NCBI GenBank assembly: GCA_048882505.1
Contig: JBHLRO010000063.1
Location: 1 to 5,232, forward strand
From: Candidatus Thorarchaeota archaeon
Lineage (GTDB): Archaea; Asgardarchaeota; Heimdallarchaeia; Hodarchaeales; Hodarchaeaceae
Length of the DNA stretch: 5,232 bases
Reading direction: 5' to 3'
Shown here: positions 1 through 5,232 of the stretch, one piece after another
Layout: each line of letters begins with the position of its first letter
How positions within the stretch are numbered: position 1 is the first letter of the stretch
Notes under the pieces: generated by a model
Seen by the model: the letters and a program-made list of their open reading frames with translations, nothing else
Database searches by the model: none
Told to the model about the DNA's origin: nothing
Translations under genes and position numbers: made by a program

Positions 1-663
1 ACATTAACAACAGCGACCATTGGTACCTATATCGATATAGTAAGTATGTCCCAGAACACCAATATCTTTAGTTTCGCTGTTCTCCCCCTGATCTCTCTTA
101 TTTTGGGGATTTCGGCAATAGCAGATGAAAAGGAGAATAAAACCATTAGTCAACTCCTTTCAAGACCCGTTCGCAGAGAAGAAATCGTAGTGGTCAAATG
201 GATAACAGTAATTGTGTTAGGTGTCGTTATCGTGAATCTGGATGCCACAATAATACTCCTGGGAGTATCTTTTATTGTTCAAGACTTTTCCTTGCTCTTT
301 AACAATTTTAATGTTCTCTTTGGGGTGTGGCTCTATCTAGGATTGTGGGTGAGCGTCTATGGCACAATCTTTCTTTTCTTGGGAATCATTTTCGATAAGA
401 ATGCGCTAGGCTGGGGACTAGCCGTGGCATACTTCGAGGCTTTTTTTGGACAGTTTATCTTTGGGATTGCCGCAGGTGGAAATTCACCGTACTCTATAGC
501 TAACCATTTGAACTATGTTGCAGCTGAATTCTTTCTTGCAAATTACATTGATTTTCAGATACAGGACCTTGATCCCTCAACCTCTTTATTAATATGCATA
601 GGATTGATAATTGGTTTTTTATTATTGGCTGTATTCACGATGAGAAAAAAAGATTTCCCCTGA
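1..663 (+). CDS. ABC-2-type transporter permease (NosY/ABC2_membrane-like), probably 5'-truncated by the window edge
   Basis: The frame has no stop from base 1 (TLTTATIGTYIDIVS-MSQN...), so Met46 is probably internal. It has several hydrophobic TM-length segments. The segment LILGISAIADEKENKTISQLLSRPVRREEIVVVKW matches the 'G...I..E.E..T...LL..P..R......K' signature typical of ABC-2 permeases. Stop TGA at 661-663. Confidence 0.78.
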   Translation, partial: TLTTATIGTYIDIVSMSQNTNIFSFAVLPLISLILGISAIADEKENKTISQLLSRPVRREEIVVVKWITVIVLGVVIVNLDATIILLGVSFIVQDFSLLFNNFNVLFGVWLYLGLWVSVYGTIFLFLGIIFDKNALGWGLAVAYFEAFFGQFIFGIAAGGNSPYSIANHLNYVAAEFFLANYIDFQIQDLDPSTSLLICIGLIIGFLLLAVFTMRKKDFP

Positions 664-807
664 TGCACGTATCATCAAAACTAGCTCATCTAAGGTGATT
701 TGTAACCTATCCAAGACCCCATTTATCATTACTCGTCACTTAAAATGACTTATCATCCGAATGCCAGGATAAAACCCAGCACTTGCATTCTCGGCAAGAC
801 AACTTAT

Positions 808-1149
808 CTATTCAGACCAAACCCAGTTGCAAGCTGTACATTTGTAATAGGTGGTCGTTTCCCATTCCTCTTTTTTGCGATTTTCAGCTTCCCAATACCG
901 GGCTTCATGGTTTGAACAGCGGGGACAGGCAATACGAGTGGTAGGCCTTATATCAAAGTCTACCTGATCCTCAATAACAGTCAATAAATCCTCTTCCGTG
1001 TGCCGAATCTTAGATTTCACTTGGTAGGAATTTTCAGTGAACTGATCTTCAAATTGGGTGTCGCATACCTTGCAATAAAGGATTACCTTACCATCATCTT
1101 TCCTTTGTGGAAGAAGTAAAGAACCACAGTTCTTACAAAAGCTTACCAT
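808..1149 (-). CDS. tfs: Transcription factor S / RpoM (Rpb9-RPA12-RPC11) family double zinc-ribbon protein; atypical paralogue with altered catalytic hairpin
   Basis: 113 aa. N-terminal ribbon FCKNCGSLLLP...LYCKVC. TFS-like linker (KSKIRHTEED). C-terminal ribbon PTTRIACPRCSNHEARYW...YYKCTACNWVWSE. All four CxxC pairs are present. An in-frame upstream stop at 1171-1173 bounds the start at Met 1149. Confidence 0.9.
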   Translation of the reverse strand: MVSFCKNCGSLLLPQRKDDGKVILYCKVCDTQFEDQFTENSYQVKSKIRHTEEDLLTVIEDQVDFDIRPTTRIACPRCSNHEARYWEAENRKKEEWETTTYYKCTACNWVWSE

Positions 1150-1260
1150 TTTGATACTTTCTCGATTTTTTTATCTCGAAGGATTATTCTTAGCGCTGGG
1201 CACTGAAGAGTTGACGAATCGGGTTCATAAGTAATGTTTTAAATTTGGCGAAACGAAATA

Positions 1261-1449
1261 CTACAGCTCTGACCCACTTTTAAATATCTCATGCTCAACT
1301 GGAGAAAGAAGAGTCGATCTTTTTATAACGGGATTCTTGCCCTGAAAAATCACTTGATATGTTTGTACTGTGTATTTCAACCTCAGGTAGCTATCAACCA
1401 ATTCTTTCTTTGTTTTCTCCATTTCTCTAGAAAATATGGAGGGAGGCAT
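1261..1449 (-). CDS. Possible small hypothetical protein (62 aa, or 53 aa from Met at 1422)
   Basis: It is co-directional with tfs and ends 111 bp upstream of it. The composition is protein-like (MEKTKKELVDSYLRLKY...). There is no recognisable motif and no clear SD. Confidence 0.22.
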   Translation of the reverse strand: MPPSIFSREMEKTKKELVDSYLRLKYTVQTYQVIFQGKNPVIKRSTLLSPVEHEIFKSGSEL

Positions 1450-1499
1450 GATTATAGCCCTAACCTCATTACAATGAGGTTATGGCTGATAAAGAATCA
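1449..1499. repeat. Long inverted repeat / hairpin
   Basis: Perfect core TAACCTCATT (1461-1470)-AC-AATGAGGTTA (1473-1482). After one mismatch it extends by AGCC (1456-1459)/GGCT (1484-1487). Further outer pairing is possible between TGATT (1449-1453) and AATCA (1495-1499). Confidence 0.85.
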
Positions 1500-1529
1500 A
1501 GACAACAGAAGGAATTTAAAGCTGGTGGT

Positions 1530-1584
1530 ATGGCCCTTATTCGATCAACATAGGTATTTAACTTTGGCCAAATGGCCCTTATTC
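1530..1584 (+). repeat. 13-bp direct repeat ATGGCCCTTATTC x2
   Basis: Exact copies at 1530-1542 and 1572-1584, 42 bp apart. A perfect palindrome TTTGGCCAAA (1563-1572) runs into the second copy. Confidence 0.8.
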
Positions 1585-1759
1585 CCTTTAATTGATCATG
1601 AACTGCATTAAGATAGAAGTTCGATAATTATTTTTTTAGTCATTACAGGTGACTAGTTGGATGACAGTTCCCTGTCAAGACAAAACCGTGACAATCTATC
1701 AGCAGGAGGATTATTGAACCCAATTTTGCAATTGGATATAAATCGGAAAGAAACTAATT

Positions 1760-1764
1760 AGGAG
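1760..1764 (+). promoter_or_regulatory. Shine-Dalgarno site of aclB
   Basis: AGGAG lies 8 nt upstream of ATG 1773. Confidence 0.7.
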
Positions 1765-1772
1765 CTGAAAAA

Positions 1773-3056
1773 ATGGCCCAGAAATCTATTTATGAGCTTG
1801 CAGCAAAACAATTGCTTGCAAAGGAACTTCCAAAGTATTACCCCGACTTTCAATATCATGGAAAGGTCGTTGTGGTTACACCAGAGACTGATCTTGACCA
1901 ACTTACAGGTAAATACCCTTGGTTGAAAACCGAGAGATTGGCGGCAAAACCCGATCAACTCTTTGGAAAAAGAGGTAAAGCCGGATTATTGTTGCTTAAT
2001 GCGGGCTTTAATGAACTAAAAACGTTTCTAGACGAGAAGTTGGGAAAGGAAATAGCGGTCAGCGGAACAACTGGAGTTCTTAATCGTATTCTGGTAGAAC
2101 CTTTTGTTCCTCATGAAAAAGAATTCTACGTTGCTTTCACTTCAGATCAAGATAACGATATAATCCACTTCTCTTTTGAGGGAGGAATATTCGTTGAAGA
2201 GAATTGGGATAAGGTCACTCATGTCCCTATCCCTATTGGGACGGACATCAGCGCGATTAATTTGACCGAAAAGCTGCCAGATCTTGGAGATTTAAGAGAT
2301 GCACTCATTCCGTTTATAAAAGGCCTTCTTCAAGTCTATATAGATCAGGATTTTGCTTTCCTGGAAATAAATCCCTTCGCAGTTACTAAAGATAAAGAAA
2401 TCGTTCCCTTGGATCTCAAAGCCCGTTTGGACGATACTGCGGCCTTTTTACACATGGATTCCTGGGGAAATCCCGACAATCCGATAGAATTCCCACGTGG
2501 ATTTGGGCAGGTGTTATCAAAAGAAGAGGAGTTTATCCGATCGCTAGATGAGCAAACGGGAGCCTCGCTTAAACTTACTATTCTAAATCGAGACGCCCCT
2601 ATTTGGACCATGGTTGCCGGAGGCGGTGCTAGTGTTATATATACGGATACAATAGCCGATCTGGGCTATGCTAGGGATCTTGGAAACTATGGGGAATATT
2701 CGGGCAATCCAAATCGAGAGCATACCGAGCTCTATGCCCAGACATTAATCGATCTCATTACTGAAAAGCCAGATCCTCAAGGAAAACCTAAGATTCTTAT
2801 CGTTGGGGGTGGCATTGCCAACTTTACCGATGTCAAGGCCACCTTCACGGGAATTGTTAGTGCCTTACGAAAGTCTGCAGATAAGCTCAAGAAAGCAAAC
2901 GTGAAGATTTTTGTAAGACGGGGGGGACCAAATGAAAAAGAGGGTCTCAAGCTAATGGAAGCGGTAGGAAAAGAAATCGGAGTCCCTATTGAAATCTATG
3001 ATCGCTATACCCATATGACTCGGGTTGTCCCACTGGGTATAAAGGCAAGAGAATAG
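1773..3056 (+). CDS. aclB: ATP-citrate lyase, ATP-grasp/citrate-binding subunit (AclB in Chlorobium naming; ACLY-A/plant ACLA; equals the N-terminal part of human ACLY)
   Basis: 427 aa. ATP-grasp motifs: KPDQLFGKRGK, EPFVPH, FLEINP, LDLKARLDDTA. Citrate-binding domain motifs: IWTMVAGGGASVIY, NYGEYSGNP, GGGIANFTDV (N350/T352), FVRRGGPN (R383), THMT. These ACL-specific motifs distinguish it from succinyl-CoA synthetase beta. Confidence 0.97.
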   Translation: MAQKSIYELAAKQLLAKELPKYYPDFQYHGKVVVVTPETDLDQLTGKYPWLKTERLAAKPDQLFGKRGKAGLLLLNAGFNELKTFLDEKLGKEIAVSGTTGVLNRILVEPFVPHEKEFYVAFTSDQDNDIIHFSFEGGIFVEENWDKVTHVPIPIGTDISAINLTEKLPDLGDLRDALIPFIKGLLQVYIDQDFAFLEINPFAVTKDKEIVPLDLKARLDDTAAFLHMDSWGNPDNPIEFPRGFGQVLSKEEEFIRSLDEQTGASLKLTILNRDAPIWTMVAGGGASVIYTDTIADLGYARDLGNYGEYSGNPNREHTELYAQTLIDLITEKPDPQGKPKILIVGGGIANFTDVKATFTGIVSALRKSADKLKKANVKIFVRRGGPNEKEGLKLMEAVGKEIGVPIEIYDRYTHMTRVVPLGIKARE

Positions 3057-3063
3057 AGGAGGT
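3057..3063 (+). promoter_or_regulatory. Shine-Dalgarno site of aclA
   Basis: AGGAGGT immediately follows the aclB stop and lies 6 nt before ATG 3070. The 13-bp gap between genes supports one operon. Confidence 0.85.
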
Positions 3064-3069
3064 TACAAG

Positions 3070-4905
3070 ATGGACAACTATGAATTGTTTACAGAAGATA
3101 CACAAGCAATTGTATACGGTTTTCAAAGAAATGCAATTCAAAGGATGCTGGACTTTGATTTTGTGTGCAAAAGAAAGAAACCTTCAGTCGCGGCAATAAT
3201 CCGCCCTAGTCAAGCAGGCGCGGTAGGTTACCACAAGGTTTTTTGGGGTGGTACAGAAATCGTGATCCCAATTTACCGGCGTCTTTCTCTTGCACTGAAG
3301 AATCACCCTCAGGTAGATGTGATGGTGAATTTCTCTTCGTTTCGATCGGCCTTTCCTACCTCCAAGGAAGCTCTGGAATCGGATACAATCAAAACTGTGA
3401 CTATCATCGCAGAAGGGATTCCCGAACGTCAAAGCAGAGAACTGAAAAAACTTGCGGACGAAAAGGGTAAAATGATCATTGGACCAGCAACAGTCGGAGG
3501 AATGAGAGCTGGCGCTTTCAAGATTGGAAACACAGCTGGTACTATTGAGAACATTGTTTTATCCAAGCTTTACCGTCCAGGAAGTGTGGGATTGGTTTCA
3601 AAAAGCGGTGGTATGAGCAACGAGCTCAATTTTATGATTTCGCAGAATTCCGATGGAATATATGAGGGAATAGCCATAGGAGGAGATCGATATGCAGGAT
3701 CTTCTCTCCTAGATCATTTGATGCGTTATGATGCCAATCCCAAAATTAAAATGAGTGTTTGTCTCGGAGAAGTTGGAGGGACTGGAGAATTAGAGGTTGC
3801 TGAGGCTTTGAAGGATGGCAGAATCAAAAAACCATTGGTAATGTGGTGTATTGGCACAGCAGCAAAGCTCTTACCGTCCGGACTGCAATTTGGCCATGCG
3901 GGCGCTATGGCAGGCACTGATCGGGAGACTGCAGATTACAAGAATAAGGTATTGGCGGAAGCAGGAGCTATTGTACCCCCAACATACGATGAACTAGGTG
4001 CGAAAATTAATGAAACTTTCAAAAAACTACAATCTGAAGGTAAGATTGATCCTGTTGAAGAATTTGAACCTCCAAAATTGCCTATGGATTATGCCCAAGC
4101 ATCTAGATTAGGTATCGTGCGGCGTCCTACTGATGTAGTATGTACAATCAGTGACGAGCGGGGAGATGTTCCGATGTTCTCAGGAGTAGGTTTAGACACA
4201 ATTGTACGTGAGAAAAAATCCATCGGATATGTGATTGGGCTTTTATGGTTAAAGCGTGAACTCCCACAATTCGCTCAGGACTTCATTGAGATGACTGTGA
4301 AGTTAACCTCTGACCATGGGCCCGCAGTCTCGGGAGCTCACAATGCAATCGTAACGGCCCGAGCCGGGAAAGACCTAATGTCATCTCTTGCGACGGGTAT
4401 TCTAGCAATAGGCCCAAGATTCGGTGGCGCAATTGCGGGAGCGGCACGGTACTTTAAGGAAGGACGTGATAAAGAGATGCATCCGATTGAATTTGTAGAT
4501 TATATGAAAAATGTAGTTGGAATCAATATTCCAGGAATCGGGCACCGTATCAAGTCACTTCAAAATCCAGATGTCCGTGTACAGCTACTTAAAGAGTTTG
4601 TGTTCGAAAACTTTGAAAAACATCCCTATCTTGATTTTGCCCTCGAGGTCGAGTTACTAACAACTCAAAAACGTAACAATCTGATTCTCAATGTTGACGG
4701 TTGTATCGGTATAACCTTCCTGGATCTTATGGAAAATCTCGATATGACTCCAGAAGAGAAACAGGATGTAATCGAGAGCGAAGTATTAAACGGACTCTTT
4801 GTACTTGGTCGTTCAATTGGGATGATGGGGCACGTATTCGATCAAAAACGCCAACGAGCAGGGCTTTACAGACAACCGTGGGATGAAATTCTCTTTGCAG
4901 AATAA
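3070..4905 (+). CDS. aclA: ATP-citrate lyase, CoA-binding/phosphohistidine + citryl-CoA lyase subunit (AclA in Chlorobium naming; ACLY-B/plant ACLB)
   Basis: 611 aa. Motifs: QRMLDFDFVC, NFSSFRSA, IIAEGIPE (E115), IIGPATVGG, SKSGGMSNEL, GGDRY, LGEVGG, QFGHAGA (phospho-His H276), PMDY stalk, DHGPAVSGAHN (H416), PGIGHRIKS (H492), LNVDG (D543), GRSIG, DQKR, LYRQPWD (R601). These positions map to human ACLY E599/H760/H900/H975/D1026/R1085 (numbering from memory) with a constant offset of 483-484. Confidence 0.98.
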   Translation: MDNYELFTEDTQAIVYGFQRNAIQRMLDFDFVCKRKKPSVAAIIRPSQAGAVGYHKVFWGGTEIVIPIYRRLSLALKNHPQVDVMVNFSSFRSAFPTSKEALESDTIKTVTIIAEGIPERQSRELKKLADEKGKMIIGPATVGGMRAGAFKIGNTAGTIENIVLSKLYRPGSVGLVSKSGGMSNELNFMISQNSDGIYEGIAIGGDRYAGSSLLDHLMRYDANPKIKMSVCLGEVGGTGELEVAEALKDGRIKKPLVMWCIGTAAKLLPSGLQFGHAGAMAGTDRETADYKNKVLAEAGAIVPPTYDELGAKINETFKKLQSEGKIDPVEEFEPPKLPMDYAQASRLGIVRRPTDVVCTISDERGDVPMFSGVGLDTIVREKKSIGYVIGLLWLKRELPQFAQDFIEMTVKLTSDHGPAVSGAHNAIVTARAGKDLMSSLATGILAIGPRFGGAIAGAARYFKEGRDKEMHPIEFVDYMKNVVGINIPGIGHRIKSLQNPDVRVQLLKEFVFENFEKHPYLDFALEVELLTTQKRNNLILNVDGCIGITFLDLMENLDMTPEEKQDVIESEVLNGLFVLGRSIGMMGHVFDQKRQRAGLYRQPWDEILFAE

Positions 4906-4934
4906 GATCTCTGCATTTCTCTCTTTTTTCTTTT
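4896..4934 (+). terminator. Probable aclBA terminator: short hairpin plus pyrimidine/U-rich tract
   Basis: TGCAGA (4896-4901)/TCTGCA (4910-4915) form a stem around the aclA stop. It is followed by 19 consecutive pyrimidines TTTCTCTCTTTTTTCTTTT (4916-4934), consistent with U-tract archaeal termination. Confidence 0.6.
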
Positions 4935-5100
4935 ATATAAAATATGGAAGGTTCCAAGATACTTTGTCGCGAATTATTTGGGCTTTAAACCCATATCTAT
5001 CCAAATTATTTTGATTTCATCGTAATATTGCCAACTACCATATTTGATGAAGATATTTTTTCTAATTTCGCTAATAGGTATGAAAACAGAAATATTAATG

Positions 5101-5136
5101 ATTAATTAATACAACCAAAAGGTTGTCTTTATAAAG
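5101..5136. promoter_or_regulatory. Three contiguous palindromes including a TATA-like box; possible promoter/operator
   Basis: ATTAATTAAT (5101-5110), ACAACC-aaaa-GGTTGT (5111-5126) and CTTTATAAAG (5127-5136). The last contains TTTATAAA on both strands. No target gene is visible in the window. Confidence 0.3.
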
Positions 5137-5232
5137 GGAAACCTGAAGTGTAAATCAGAAGTAGATAAGAGATTAGAAGTTGTGGGGATTCATTCGGAGT
5201 TATTCACACCTTTTAATTTTAATATCAAGACA

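Noticed and set aside
664-807. Short inverted repeats (TGATG/CATCA, GAATGC/GCATTC, CTTGC/GCAAG) and TTATCAT x2 in the convergent gap
   Set aside because: The stems are only 5-6 bp with no clear U-tract, which is too weak to call a terminator or ncRNA.
1236-1330. Several TATA-like hexamers (TTTAAA near 1238 and 1279, TTTTATAA at 1321)
   Set aside because: They can be read in either direction in AT-rich DNA, with no clear BRE. They cannot be assigned to tfs or aclBA without TSS data.
1445-1499. Loose resemblance to a fluoride (crcB) riboswitch (GGC-loop-GCC, stem, GCTGAT, possible pseudoknot TGATT/AATCA)
   Set aside because: It lacks the conserved GAUGG loop and the GAUG...CUAC 3' motif, and no crcB/eriC-type gene lies downstream.
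1291-1611. 106-aa + strand ORF in the intergenic region
   Set aside because: There is no SD or domain, the composition is skewed (F/L/W/H/C-rich), and it runs across hairpins and repeats while overlapping an opposite-strand ORF. Probably spurious.
1731-1758. ATTGGATATAA resembles the left arm of archaeal XerA dif sites
   Set aside because: There is no inverted TTATAT right arm after a 6-bp spacer. It is better explained as a TATA-like sequence or chance.
2920-2926. G7 homopolymer in aclB (possible phase variation)
   Set aside because: It encodes the conserved RRGGP motif in frame, and the run is short.
1773-4905. Alternative annotation as succinyl-CoA synthetase or separate citryl-CoA synthetase/lyase
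   Set aside because: The citrate-site motifs (ANFT, RRGGPN) and the fused citrate-synthase-like C-terminal domain on the 611-aa chain identify it as ACL.
1758-4957. Shadow ORFs 1758-1958, 2345-2611, 3184-3432, 3243-3470, 3726-3917, 4701-4886 and 4727-4957
   Set aside because: All overlap the well-supported aclB/aclA frames and show no motifs; they are typical off-frame or antisense by-products.

Overview
This is an archaeal-looking chromosomal segment with four supportable genes. (1) The 3' part of an ABC-2-type membrane permease, with its frame open back to base 1. (2) A convergent, minus-strand TFS/RpoM-family double zinc-ribbon protein whose catalytic hairpin is remodelled (ENRKKEEW in place of QTRxxDEP). 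(3-4) A two-gene operon for a complete heteromeric ATP-citrate lyase (aclB-aclA) with strong motif similarity to eukaryotic ACLY and to the Methanothrix/Campylobacterota type. The tfs-like gene and aclBA are divergent across a 623-bp intergenic region. That region holds a long hairpin, a 13-bp direct repeat, clustered TGAC half-sites and several Shine-Dalgarno-led short ORFs. The operon ends in a hairpin plus pyrimidine tract, followed by an AT-rich tail (about 29% GC by hand count) containing contiguous palindromes. Archaeal origin is inferred from the TFS gene; the lineage (Asgard, Thermoplasmatota, Methanotrichaceae or other) cannot be fixed from the sequence alone. No rRNA, tRNA, CRISPR array or mobile element was recognised. 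The best candidates for novelty are the atypical TFS paralogue and the eukaryote-like archaeal ACL with its structured leader.
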